62,900 nucleotides of DNA from IMG/VR virus record IMGVR_UViG_3300001605_000009; one strand, 5' to 3'. The notes beneath the pieces were generated by a model that was given only the letters and a program-made list of their open reading frames with translations, was not told where the DNA came from and ran no database searches. Origin of the DNA: a virus. Taxonomy: Duplodnaviria; Heunggongvirae; Uroviricota; Caudoviricetes. The translations under genes were made by a program, and so were the position numbers. Below are positions 27,286-37,301 of this stretch, in pieces. The stretch's first letter is position 1; every line of letters begins with the position of its first letter.

Positions 27286-30200
27286 ATGACAGTATATTAT
27301 TCTGATTATGTGCCTGTAGCCGGAGCATCTGGAGTGGAGGGAAGATCTGTAGTAGATCTTACCTCTACTTCTTTCGCGGATCTATTTGCGCAGGCCGCAA
27401 ACTACAGTGCATCTGTAACTTATAGTAAGGGTAAATTAGCGTATAGCCAAGACTCAATCTGGGTTTATATCAATAATACTCCTAGCCTTGGTAATGCTCC
27501 TCCTACTTTACCTGCAATATCTAATACTTATTGGGAACTAGTAGGGACAGCAACTAATAGCCTTTTCACTTGGATAGCCTATGCTAACAGTACTGACGGT
27601 ATTACATTTACTGATTTTACAACAGGTTCCTACACTACTGGTGGTATAACTAGAAAGTGGATCGGTATGGCTCAAAACAAGAACTCAGCAGTGGAGAGTA
27701 CAAATACTGCAGATTACTCTTGGTCTAGGTTCGTTGGCGAGGATGGTATTGTTGGAGCTAATGGTAGCAATAATGCTCTAGTATATTTATACCAAAGATC
27801 GGCCACTACTCCTGCTGCTCCAACCGGCACTTTCGTATTTACCTTCTCTACAAATTCACTGAGTGGGGGCACACCGGGTGCTTGGACTACAACTATACCT
27901 GCCAATAACGGTAATCAGTTATGGGTTATAGCAGCCACCGCTAGCTCCGCTTCAGCAACAGATACTATTCTAGGTAGCGAATTCACAGCACCCGTAGTAC
28001 TAGCTACTAATGGTGCTTCTGGTACTTCAGGGTTAAATTCCGCATCTGTATTTCTCTACAGAAGGTCAGCTACTGTACCCGCTGTACCAACAACTACATT
28101 AACATATACTTTTTCTACTGCAACATTAACCGGTACACTGGATAGTTGGACTCAATCTATTCCAGCCGGTACAGATCCTTTATATGTAACTACTGCAACA
28201 GCGGTATCAAGTGGTACCACTGATACCATACTTACTTCGGAGTGGGCCGCTGTAAGAGTACTAGCTCAAAATGGCACTCCCGGTACTAATGGAGCTCCCG
28301 GAACACCAGGTGCTAATGGTGTAACATACTATACCTGGTATGCGTACGCAGATAGTGCTGACGGTGTAGTTAACTTCACCACAGGTGTTCCAGGTAACCG
28401 AGTGTACCAAGGTATGGCTACAGGTAAAACTACGGCTACAGAAAGTACTACTCCGGCCGATTATACTTGGGCTGCATATGCTGGTCCTCCAGGATTCGGG
28501 CTAGCCGCCACAAATGGTGCTGAGGTATCTGGTGCTAAGCTACTAAATAGAACTGGGACTAGCTGGAATGCACAAGTGTACTCAACAGAGAGTTATGTTG
28601 GCGGTGCCTTTGTATCCTTTAAACCAGAGCTAAATGCTTCTGCTGGATACGGTGGCATAATGATAGGTCTAAATACTGACCCTACCGCAGCTGACTGGAC
28701 TACACTGGATTATGCTATTTACTTACAATCAGGTTCTGGAGTTGTTGAAGTTGCTGAGAGTGGCAACCTAACAACCATTGGTACTTATGTATCAACAGAT
28801 ACATTTGCTGTACACTATGATGGGGCAAATGTGAGATACTACAAGAATGGTGTAGTATTGAGAACAGTGGTAGCTCCTCCTGGCTTGAGGGTATTCTTAG
28901 ATAGCGCTATGAGTAGTACCACTACTGGTACTTTAGCTACTATAACTTCATGGAGTGCTGCAGGATCTGTGGGGGCTACTGGCTCAGCTGGCGCTTCTGG
29001 CAGTACTGGTGCAGCAGGGTTACCTGCGGTATCAGGGTACCTTACTAATGAGTCTATTCAGCTATTTGCATATGCTAATGGTAACATAGTAAATTATACT
29101 GGAGCTACGGGTGAGTTTAAGATATTCGCAGGTAACACGGATGTATCAGCTAACTTTAGCTTAGCTACTCAAGCTAACCCACAAGCACTAACTGTTGCTT
29201 ATGTTGGTAGAACATATACAATTAGTAGTGGGTTTGACGCTAATGAAAATACGGCGACTTTAACAATAAGAGCTAATGGGTCTGGCACTTATGCCGGAGT
29301 ATCCATAGATAAGGTAGTCTCTCTATCTAAAGCTAAGGGTGGGTACGAAATAGTAGCAGCACTACCTTCTACCGATCTGTTTGAAGGTAGAATGATATTT
29401 CTAACTACCGACGATAAACTTTATAGGTACACAGGAACGGCATGGACCAGTGCCGTCCCGGCGGCTGACGTTGCGGGCCAGCTAATCGAAGCGCAGCTTG
29501 CAGACGGCATCGTCTCAGAGTCGAAGTTGAAGATCGGCGTCGGCAGCAACATGCTGATCGGCGCAATCCCCGGCCTGAACCCAAATCGGTACATCGGTAT
29601 TGGGTGGAACCCGGATGGCGTAACTTTCGCTGGTGGTGGTGAAGGAGGGGTATTCCTAAGCCCCGCATATGGTAGTAACTTCCCAAGCGGCTATTCCTCG
29701 TGGACTACTCCTGATGGCGGCACTTTCGCTGTTCAACAACAGAACAGCACACCAAACAGCGGAACGCCCGGAACCACGAACGTTACAGATTTCTACTTTA
29801 AATACCCAAATAATGTAAGTGGAGGCGAAAGCAGCCTGTGGCCGGTTGAAGCAAATAAATTCTACGAGTTTTCAGTGTACACGGGCGCACACCGTTGCAC
29901 TGTTTCGCTGCTCATCGACTGGTTGGATGCAAACGGGGCGCAACTAGGCGTTACGTCTGTTTCCGCATCGAACGCCAATACAGGCCAAGGCGGGATCGTC
30001 CTTCAAACCTACACCCGTTTAGTGGCCCGTGGCCAAGCCCCAGCCGCAGCGAGGAATGCTAGGATAATTGCCCGGAAAAGCCACACGTACGCAGGCCAAG
30101 CAGATAGCTGGATGTTCCTGACTCACCCAATGTGGGCAGAAACGACATCAAGCGCCACACAGGCTATGCCGTACAATCCGCCACCAGCGGCCATCCTCAA

Positions 30201-31479
30201 CGCCGAAATGCTGGTGTCGAACTCGATCCTGACGCGGCACCTGAAAGCTGATACGATTGAGGCTCAACACCTCAAGGCGAAGATTATCAAGGCCGAGCAT
30301 CTGCTTGTGACGCTGGGGAATCTGAACCCAGACCCGCAATTCAGAGACTTGAACGCTTGGCTACAAGATGATCAGCTAAATAGTGGTGGTGATGGGCTTC
30401 TCGGAACTGCACCCACAGGTTGGTTTGTCGAAGAGATAGCTAACGCTCAGGGCCTCGGTATTCCATCGTATGTGGGGAGCCGATGGATTCAACTTTGGTC
30501 AGGTAAACCCAGTCAGAATAATAACGCCCGATATGCTCTTTATGGCCAGAGGGACCGGAACAATCGCTTTGCAGTCACTCCGGGACAAATCCTAGAGATC
30601 AAAGCTGGTGTGATGAACAACAGCAACCAAACAATCTACGTTGCCGTTGAGTTTGATGATGCGAATAACGGTGGTGTTTCAGGCGTTTATGACTTCATTT
30701 GGACTGCCGGTGAAAGCTCGTTAAAATCTAAGCAGTTCACCGTCCCAAACAACTGCGCTTGGGGTAGGCTCGTTGTGTACAATTTTGGTCAGCAACACGG
30801 TGCTGCTACGTACTCTGGTAGAGCTTATGTAGGTAACATCAGCATTCGTGACACCGTGGGTGCGACGATGGTTGTAGATGGTGCTATCACAGCAGGTAAG
30901 ATTTTTTCTGGTGCAGTTACAACTGATAAGCTTGATGCTGGTGCTGTCACTGCGGCAAAACTTGCTACAACCGAGTTAATAACCATGTCGGCCCAAATCG
31001 GTACTGGTGTTATTACCACTGCTAAAATTACTGATGCTGCTATAACTACCGCTAAGATTAATAATCTATCAGTAGATACCCTTAAGATAGCAGGTAATGC
31101 TGTAACCCTACCAGTAGGTGCATTTACGGCTGCAACTACGTACCCAAATACCACAGCATGGACTACCATCCAATCTCTAGTTATTGGATCAACCGGGGCT
31201 CCTATTCTTGCTATTGCTAATTTTTACGCAGTCTATTACGCGGACCCTGGAACACCTGCACTAGAGTATAGACTATTAAGGAATGGAGGAGTCATATATG
31301 GCCCTATATTAGTAGGACAGAATGGCTTACCGTATATTGAAGCTGCATTTCCAATACAGGTAATAGATGCACCTGGTGCCAACACCTGGACATACGAACT
31401 CCAGTTCAGAGACGTTAATAACAGTAATATTGGAGGTGTCTCTAACAGAAGCATCGTGCTGATAGAGCTAAAAAAATAA
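27286..31479 (+). CDS. tail fibre / host-specificity protein
   Basis: 1397 aa; duplicated domains, collagen-like G-x-x linkers, CBM-like aromatic-rich domains, ITTAKI repeats near the C-terminus. Confidence 0.85.
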   Translation: MTVYYSDYVPVAGASGVEGRSVVDLTSTSFADLFAQAANYSASVTYSKGKLAYSQDSIWVYINNTPSLGNAPPTLPAISNTYWELVGTATNSLFTWIAYANSTDGITFTDFTTGSYTTGGITRKWIGMAQNKNSAVESTNTADYSWSRFVGEDGIVGANGSNNALVYLYQRSATTPAAPTGTFVFTFSTNSLSGGTPGAWTTTIPANNGNQLWVIAATASSASATDTILGSEFTAPVVLATNGASGTSGLNSASVFLYRRSATVPAVPTTTLTYTFSTATLTGTLDSWTQSIPAGTDPLYVTTATAVSSGTTDTILTSEWAAVRVLAQNGTPGTNGAPGTPGANGVTYYTWYAYADSADGVVNFTTGVPGNRVYQGMATGKTTATESTTPADYTWAAYAGPPGFGLAATNGAEVSGAKLLNRTGTSWNAQVYSTESYVGGAFVSFKPELNASAGYGGIMIGLNTDPTAADWTTLDYAIYLQSGSGVVEVAESGNLTTIGTYVSTDTFAVHYDGANVRYYKNGVVLRTVVAPPGLRVFLDSAMSSTTTGTLATITSWSAAGSVGATGSAGASGSTGAAGLPAVSGYLTNESIQLFAYANGNIVNYTGATGEFKIFAGNTDVSANFSLATQANPQALTVAYVGRTYTISSGFDANENTATLTIRANGSGTYAGVSIDKVVSLSKAKGGYEIVAALPSTDLFEGRMIFLTTDDKLYRYTGTAWTSAVPAADVAGQLIEAQLADGIVSESKLKIGVGSNMLIGAIPGLNPNRYIGIGWNPDGVTFAGGGEGGVFLSPAYGSNFPSGYSSWTTPDGGTFAVQQQNSTPNSGTPGTTNVTDFYFKYPNNVSGGESSLWPVEANKFYEFSVYTGAHRCTVSLLIDWLDANGAQLGVTSVSASNANTGQGGIVLQTYTRLVARGQAPAAARNARIIARKSHTYAGQADSWMFLTHPMWAETTSSATQAMPYNPPPAAILNAEMLVSNSILTRHLKADTIEAQHLKAKIIKAEHLLVTLGNLNPDPQFRDLNAWLQDDQLNSGGDGLLGTAPTGWFVEEIANAQGLGIPSYVGSRWIQLWSGKPSQNNNARYALYGQRDRNNRFAVTPGQILEIKAGVMNNSNQTIYVAVEFDDANNGGVSGVYDFIWTAGESSLKSKQFTVPNNCAWGRLVVYNFGQQHGAATYSGRAYVGNISIRDTVGATMVVDGAITAGKIFSGAVTTDKLDAGAVTAAKLATTELITMSAQIGTGVITTAKITDAAITTAKINNLSVDTLKIAGNAVTLPVGAFTAATTYPNTTAWTTIQSLVIGSTGAPILAIANFYAVYYADPGTPALEYRLLRNGGVIYGPILVGQNGLPYIEAAFPIQVIDAPGANTWTYELQFRDVNNSNIGGVSNRSIVLIELKK

Positions 31480-31489
31480 GGATAATTTT

Positions 31490-31987
31490 ATGATTCAATA
31501 TGTAGTATTTAATTTAACGACAGGAGAACCTGTTAAGTGGGGGCAGTGTCAAAAAGAACTTCTCGATGCACAAGCTGGCCCAGGAGAAAAAGCCCTAGAG
31601 ACCACAGCCCTGACTGTGGATGGAAACAGGCCTATAGTGGGGGAGACCTTACGGACTTTCCGTAATAATAAGATAGACTCAGGGGCACCAACTCCATTTG
31701 GTGCGGTTGATAGTGATCTAGAATCTCGTACTAATATTATTGGTGCAGCCATGGGAGCGGTACTTGCTACTCAACTAGGTCAAGCCTTTACTACAACTTG
31801 GAAGATGTTAGATAACTCCCTAGTCCCTTTAACAGCTAATGACCTTTTCATAATGTCATTAGCCGTTCTAAGCTATGTTAATGAATGCCATGCGCGCGCA
31901 CGAGTGTTAGAAAACGAAATAGAAACAGCAGCGAATATGGCGGCACTTCTGGCTATTGATGTTACAAGCGGATGGCCAGCAAACTAG
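31490..31987 (+). CDS. tail fibre assembly protein (DUF4376-like)
   Basis: DSD..SR.NI.GA, W...DNS.V.L.A.DL, ID..SGWP motifs; follows the fibre gene. Confidence 0.8.
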   Translation: MIQYVVFNLTTGEPVKWGQCQKELLDAQAGPGEKALETTALTVDGNRPIVGETLRTFRNNKIDSGAPTPFGAVDSDLESRTNIIGAAMGAVLATQLGQAFTTTWKMLDNSLVPLTANDLFIMSLAVLSYVNECHARARVLENEIETAANMAALLAIDVTSGWPAN

Positions 31988-32247
31988 TAGATTCCATATT
32001 AGCAATATTAATCTCGATTGATATTCTACTGTGTACGGTCTGGCAGGCTTCTCTCTATCCATTCGGTTTAGCGAGTAAGCCCTCCGGAAGGAGAATGATA
32101 TCTAGCTTTGTAGGTGAAGCCTCAGCAAATCAGCATAGGTGGGGAAGAATCCTAGAGCTAGTAATAGATTTAATATTCTGCTCCCTTGAGGAACAACCTG
32201 CTCACTGCAGAAGAGCTTATGAAAAGTATAAACACATTGATGACTAA
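31972..32247 (+). CDS. tail-associated small membrane/hypothetical protein
   Basis: hydrophobic N-terminus, ISS.VG..W..ID.IF..HC motif. Confidence 0.6.
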   Translation: MASKLVDSILAILISIDILLCTVWQASLYPFGLASKPSGRRMISSFVGEASANQHRWGRILELVIDLIFCSLEEQPAHCRRAYEKYKHIDD

Positions 32248-32249
32248 CA

Positions 32250-32288
32250 AAAAGCCCCGCTAGATTGCTCTAGCGGGGCTTTATTTTT
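32250..32288. terminator. bidirectional intrinsic terminator between convergent late and replication operons
   Basis: AAAAGCCCCGCTAG-ATTGCT-CTAGCGGGGCTTT with A/T runs on both sides. Confidence 0.85.
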
Positions 32289-34251
32289 ACTTAATTGGGC
32301 AGGCACCTGAAGCGCAATCATCTTGAACTAGCTCTTCAAAGCTCTCAGTATTATCCATATTTACTTCAGATAGTGTTGAGACATATTTATCATATGTTTC
32401 CTTAGTCACTACTTCTTGCGGTAGGTATAGATAGCCAAGATCTTTCGCAGTCTTAGTTGGATCATTGCGATACAGGAAGCTAACTCCCACATAAATATCC
32501 CAATTAGCTAATAGCCACTCAATAATATCGTCAATCTCACTAGGATCATAACTAATAGTTACCGAAGTATTCTGCTGCGTCCAACTAGTTTGTAGCAACT
32601 TATAGCGCTCTAGCTGAGTAATCGCAGACTCTAGGTTTACTTCCATTCCATTAAAGTTATCGAACGGAACATCCTCATAGGCTACAGGGAATGTTACTAG
32701 TACACCATCATCATCTGTTGGATGATTAACAACCTTGTACTTCGCCTCGCGAAGTTTATCAATGATTGGATCATACTTACTAAAGGTAACATTATTGAAA
32801 ATGTACTTACCTAGAGGCTTATGAACACCCTCTGTAGTGTCCATGATCTTACTTAGTGTTCCTGAAGGCTTTACACAAGTCACATTCTTAGGATACGGTA
32901 GTCCAAGCTCCTCAGCCATTGAAACAGCACTAGCTGTAGCAGTACGGCTCAAATACTCGTAGGCATAAGAGTCCATGTCTGGTCGTTTAGCGATCCCGGT
33001 GAGGCCCACACCGCATAAGCGTAAGAAATAGTTGTTAAGGTGCCAGGCCTCTTGTAGAATACCGTCACGCAGGTTGACGCACGTCTGTCTATAATTTGCT
33101 CTAGCTGCAAGACGAACTGCATAGTGCAGCCCTGCTGTATCACCTTTAAACTTTCCAATGTCAATCTCCGTTAGATTACAGAATGACTTGTTACCTAGTA
33201 GAATCTCTACACAAGGATTACAGCCCTTAAACCAAGGCGCCCTGCGCCTAGCCTCAACCGCATTAATAAACCCAGGCTCCGAACCTCCAGCTTCTTGCAT
33301 TAACTGGAAGATATGAGATAGTTCACTTACTGTAGGCTTATCATTAAATACTAGACTATTGTTTGATTGAGTGCGATGTTCACGATCATATAGCCAGAAG
33401 TCCTTCTTGGCTACAGCAAACTCTTCCCATTCAGGCTGCCCATACTCAAACAGGGCAATTTCAGCACTACGACGTGACGAAAGTATGGTTCCAAGCCAGT
33501 TCACAATATCCATAATGTCCATACGAGTCAATAGTGAGTCAGCACGGCCATTTAGAATATTAGCAATAGCTACGTAAGCCTTTGAAATAGCGCGATCACC
33601 ACTACTGATCCACCCGTAACCTTTTAGTCGTTCCCCTGCAGGACGTAATTCTGAGAAGTCCAGTACCAGTGTTCTTGCTGGGTACTTACCTGCGAGGAGT
33701 TTACCAATGGACTTTGCCCAAGCTTCGGCGCTATCACCGACTTTAATTGTCCAGGTTTTTGTCTCTTCGTCCCAGAATTCTTCATTATGTTCCTTACCGC
33801 CTTTGACTGTTCTAGTGCTGCGAATTACTTCGATATTCTTAATTGGCTTTGAGAACCCATTAAGTGTACCAATTACTGGCTTGAATCCAACTCCGCATCC
33901 TTGAAGAAGTAGCCATAGAATATCAACTACGTCATAGGCTGTTTCTACTTCAGTGAACGAACAGTTAAACTGGCTCGCCTCGCGAGTCTTTGCGACAGAG
34001 GTTCCACCTAGCCATAGAGTACGACCAGACATTGAGATCTTACGGGCTAGCATTAACTGCTCAAGATCATACAATTCTGCGTACTCGATATCGGTTAGTT
34101 CACGTCCACCTACTGATCTAGTCCAAAGCCACTCCTGGTGATCAATTACTCGTGCTACAGTTTCTGCCCAAGTCTCAAATTCGGTTCCAGCCTCATTCTT
34201 AGGGCGGTTGTAGGTTCTACGCGTTATAATTTGTGCTCGTGTACTTACCAT
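32287..34251 (-). CDS. nrdJ: class II (adenosylcobalamin-dependent) ribonucleotide reductase, monomeric RTPR type
   Basis: SGRTLW, FNCSF, NPCVEI, TCVKPSGT, C-terminal CASGACP; no beta subunit gene nearby. Confidence 0.9.
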   Translation of the reverse strand: MVSTRAQIITRRTYNRPKNEAGTEFETWAETVARVIDHQEWLWTRSVGGRELTDIEYAELYDLEQLMLARKISMSGRTLWLGGTSVAKTREASQFNCSFTEVETAYDVVDILWLLLQGCGVGFKPVIGTLNGFSKPIKNIEVIRSTRTVKGGKEHNEEFWDEETKTWTIKVGDSAEAWAKSIGKLLAGKYPARTLVLDFSELRPAGERLKGYGWISSGDRAISKAYVAIANILNGRADSLLTRMDIMDIVNWLGTILSSRRSAEIALFEYGQPEWEEFAVAKKDFWLYDREHRTQSNNSLVFNDKPTVSELSHIFQLMQEAGGSEPGFINAVEARRRAPWFKGCNPCVEILLGNKSFCNLTEIDIGKFKGDTAGLHYAVRLAARANYRQTCVNLRDGILQEAWHLNNYFLRLCGVGLTGIAKRPDMDSYAYEYLSRTATASAVSMAEELGLPYPKNVTCVKPSGTLSKIMDTTEGVHKPLGKYIFNNVTFSKYDPIIDKLREAKYKVVNHPTDDDGVLVTFPVAYEDVPFDNFNGMEVNLESAITQLERYKLLQTSWTQQNTSVTISYDPSEIDDIIEWLLANWDIYVGVSFLYRNDPTKTAKDLGYLYLPQEVVTKETYDKYVSTLSEVNMDNTESFEELVQDDCASGACPIK

Positions 34252-34256
34252 ATATT

Positions 34257-35114
34257 TTATTCTCCGAAGGCCAAACGTCGGCCTATGTCTTGAACATTGT
34301 CATACCCAATAGCTTCCTGACAGAAAGTTACTAGGTCCATTAGTTCGTAGTTAATTAGTAACTGATCTTTGCTATCATTCAATGCCTGAATAAACTTCTG
34401 CTTACCAGACAAAGGAATAGCATCATAGATATCCATAGCTGAGCCATACTGCTCAATAAGAGCAGCCGCACGCTTTGGCCCAACACCTGCAACACCTGGA
34501 ACATTATCTCCAGTATCACCTACAAGAACCTTGTAGGAAATATAATCCTTAGGTGGTACGGGATTATCCCAAGTATCTAACGTCTGCTCCTTACGTGTGA
34601 CATATGAGAACCTAGATACATTATCACGAATAAGTAGGTCCCAATCTCGGTCAGAGCTGATAAGCCATGCCTGACTGAAGCCATAATCTTCTAGTCGTGA
34701 GCATAAATACGCTGCTAGGTCGTCGGCCTCAACCCCCTTATAGCGAAAGACAGTAATATCTTTATCGTTATCTAGCTCTTCTAGAACACGCTCGTATTCA
34801 TTAAAGAATTTACGAGATACTTCCTTCTCTTCTGGAGTCTGCTTATCTACAATATCTTTGCGATTAGCTTTGTACTCTGGGTAAATGCTCTTGCGGTATG
34901 TAGAGCCTCCCCAGTCAGCACAAACAATAATTGTCCCAGCATTGTAGGACATAGCTAGCGACTTCACTGTAGCTACATAGTCCTTCTTATAAGAACTCAT
35001 GTTGCGCCAGCGAAAACAAAGATTAAGCGCGTCTACAATCATTAGGTTCTCTGGGAGCCTACTATTTATTTTGTCGGCAAAATTAGCCATTGTATTGGTT
35101 CCCTTTCTATCCAT
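34257..35114 (-). CDS. 5'-3' exonuclease / flap endonuclease (T5 D15-like)
   Basis: IVDALN, YKANR, EADD, SSDRD, GDTGDNVPGV.GVGPK. Confidence 0.93.
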   Translation of the reverse strand: MDRKGTNTMANFADKINSRLPENLMIVDALNLCFRWRNMSSYKKDYVATVKSLAMSYNAGTIIVCADWGGSTYRKSIYPEYKANRKDIVDKQTPEEKEVSRKFFNEYERVLEELDNDKDITVFRYKGVEADDLAAYLCSRLEDYGFSQAWLISSDRDWDLLIRDNVSRFSYVTRKEQTLDTWDNPVPPKDYISYKVLVGDTGDNVPGVAGVGPKRAAALIEQYGSAMDIYDAIPLSGKQKFIQALNDSKDQLLINYELMDLVTFCQEAIGYDNVQDIGRRLAFGE

Positions 35115-35512
35115 TCCTCAAGTAAACAAGTGTAGCAGTTTAGATGTGGAATGTCAATACGTTTCTCAACATTGGTTGGTTTTAAGTCTGTTGCTACGAA
35201 GAGCTTAGAGCGATTATACTTAAAAATAAGCAGCGGTCTCATAATTCCAGACTGTCTCTGTAGCTTTGTCCACCAACCAACAAATTCGTTCGTCTTGCTT
35301 GTCAGTACTTTATCATTAAGGTGCGAATCAGCATAGTTCTTTACCTCTATACAGTAAGTATTCTTATACTTAGGAATGTATAGATCTCCCTTAATAAGTC
35401 CGCTACCTGATCCCGGCGTTCTCTCAAAAGTATAAGGAGTCCTAGCGTCTAGGAACTCCTTAACTTTATTCTCTCCTAGTGCACCTTTTGCTCTAGGGTT
35501 AACCATGGTCAA
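35066..35512 (-). CDS. Holliday junction resolvase (T5 D14-like, PD-(D/E)xK)
   Basis: KG..GE, PGSG, GD, IEVK. Confidence 0.85.
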   Translation of the reverse strand: MTMVNPRAKGALGENKVKEFLDARTPYTFERTPGSGSGLIKGDLYIPKYKNTYCIEVKNYADSHLNDKVLTSKTNEFVGWWTKLQRQSGIMRPLLIFKYNRSKLFVATDLKPTNVEKRIDIPHLNCYTCLLEEWIEREPIQWLILPTK

Positions 35513-37301
35513 TCCAGCTAATGCCGTCCTTCTTCTTAATTACTAGTTTATCCACCAAGGGATGCGTCCATGAGTGGGACACCAGGAATGTATTAAGACC
35601 GTCCTCTCTGAGGAGAACTTCAACCAATCGCTCTCTGCCGTAGTCATCGAGTACGGATATGACCTCATCGAGAAAGAGTACGTTGATTGTGTTCTTTGAA
35701 ATGCTGGACATGAGCTTTCTGATGGCAAGAAGCGTAGATATGTTGATCCTAGCCATTTCTCCACTTGAAGGTGCACTAATGCTGATCTCTTTACCTTCAT
35801 CTGTGACAATAACATTAAGCTTATCGCTGGATATGCTGAACTCAATAGTAAACCGTCCATCGGATAGCTCTGAGAGATATTCATTAGTAAAGACCTCCAA
35901 GTCTTTCACGAGGTTTTCTAGTTTGTAAGCAATAAGGCCATTAGTGCTAAAGGCTTTTTTAAGAACGTCTAAGCTTTTAAACTTCTCCGTTAGTACCTTT
36001 AGCTGCTCTGTAGCTTCTGCTAACTGAGACTTAAACTCATCATTTTGCTCTAGATAAATATCTATCTTACTATTGTGCTTAATGGCTATATTGTTTAGTC
36101 TTGTTACTTCTGCAATCTTTGCTTCCGCGCTAGCCATCGCTTCTTTAATTTCGGATAATTCTTTCTCAATGTCAGTACTGTTAAGCTGGTTATTGGGAAG
36201 AGAAGTATCAATACGGGAATTAAGACTTTCCCATTCACGAATCTGCTCCTGTATACTATTAAATAGCTTGTTGTTTCTCTTAATTCGTTCTACTTCAGCT
36301 TCTAGTGTACCTATTCTTCCAGCATATTGCCCAGAAGTAGTAGCATTATCTAGTAGCAGGCCGTCGTAGAAGTCCCTGTCAATATCCTGTAGACAGGTAG
36401 GGCATTTATCCTCTAAGCCCTTTAGCTTTTTAAGTACAGAATCGGCAGCAGCCTTACCAGACTTTAACTCCCCAATCTCACTCTGCATCTCATCGTAGGA
36501 TTCGTACTTCCCTTCGTAACTTTTAAGCTCCTCTATATCAATAGCCTCTAACTGCTTTTTTAATAGATTATTCTTTTGTACTAAGGAATTATGCGATTTT
36601 ATATTTGAAAGTTTAGAGTTCAAATCCCCAATCTCTGTGCTGAAATCAGGACGATCAGCTGGGATAACTATGTCTTGTTTTTCCAAATCTATCGAAGAAT
36701 TATTGCTTAGCCACTTATTAATAGTGTCTACTCGACTTTCAATCGAAGTCACTTCCGTTCCAATAGACTTGGCCGCCTCTTTAAAAACCTCAAATAATCG
36801 CGTATAGTCTGACAGATCAAATAGATCTATCAGAAATTTTTTGCGACTGGTGTCAGTGGCTGTGAGAAATTGCAAACTACTGTTTGTCGATTGATATACT
36901 AATTGTTGAAAAGTTTTAAAATCAATTCCTATTAGCTCTTCAATCTGTTTAAAGGTATTAGTTGCTGTATGACTACTAATATCCTCCCCGTTTCTAACAA
37001 GACGTACTTTAATATTGCTTTTACGTTCTGTTATAACTTCGTATATATCATCATCTACAGAGAATACGTGCTTAATGTCATAACTTCCATCCAGAAGTCT
37101 ATTTGGTATGTCACCCTTTTTGATTCCCTTTGAGTTCTTATTATAAAGAGACTCCTCCATTACTAGAGGAATTGATGATTTGCCGTACCCGTTAGGGGCT
37201 ATGATTTGTGTAAGGGGTTCAGTAGAGAGATCAATCTTATTAGTCTCTCCAAAACTAAAACACTTACTCCACTCTATTGATTGAAGTACTACCGTACTCA
37301 T
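35499..37301 (-). CDS. SbcC/Rad50-like ATPase (T5 D13-like)
   Basis: PNGYGKSS, CPTC zinc hook in the coiled coil, SSGE signature, LFLDE. Confidence 0.93.
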   Translation of the reverse strand: MSTVVLQSIEWSKCFSFGETNKIDLSTEPLTQIIAPNGYGKSSIPLVMEESLYNKNSKGIKKGDIPNRLLDGSYDIKHVFSVDDDIYEVITERKSNIKVRLVRNGEDISSHTATNTFKQIEELIGIDFKTFQQLVYQSTNSSLQFLTATDTSRKKFLIDLFDLSDYTRLFEVFKEAAKSIGTEVTSIESRVDTINKWLSNNSSIDLEKQDIVIPADRPDFSTEIGDLNSKLSNIKSHNSLVQKNNLLKKQLEAIDIEELKSYEGKYESYDEMQSEIGELKSGKAAADSVLKKLKGLEDKCPTCLQDIDRDFYDGLLLDNATTSGQYAGRIGTLEAEVERIKRNNKLFNSIQEQIREWESLNSRIDTSLPNNQLNSTDIEKELSEIKEAMASAEAKIAEVTRLNNIAIKHNSKIDIYLEQNDEFKSQLAEATEQLKVLTEKFKSLDVLKKAFSTNGLIAYKLENLVKDLEVFTNEYLSELSDGRFTIEFSISSDKLNVIVTDEGKEISISAPSSGEMARINISTLLAIRKLMSSISKNTINVLFLDEVISVLDDYGRERLVEVLLREDGLNTFLVSHSWTHPLVDKLVIKKKDGISWIDHG

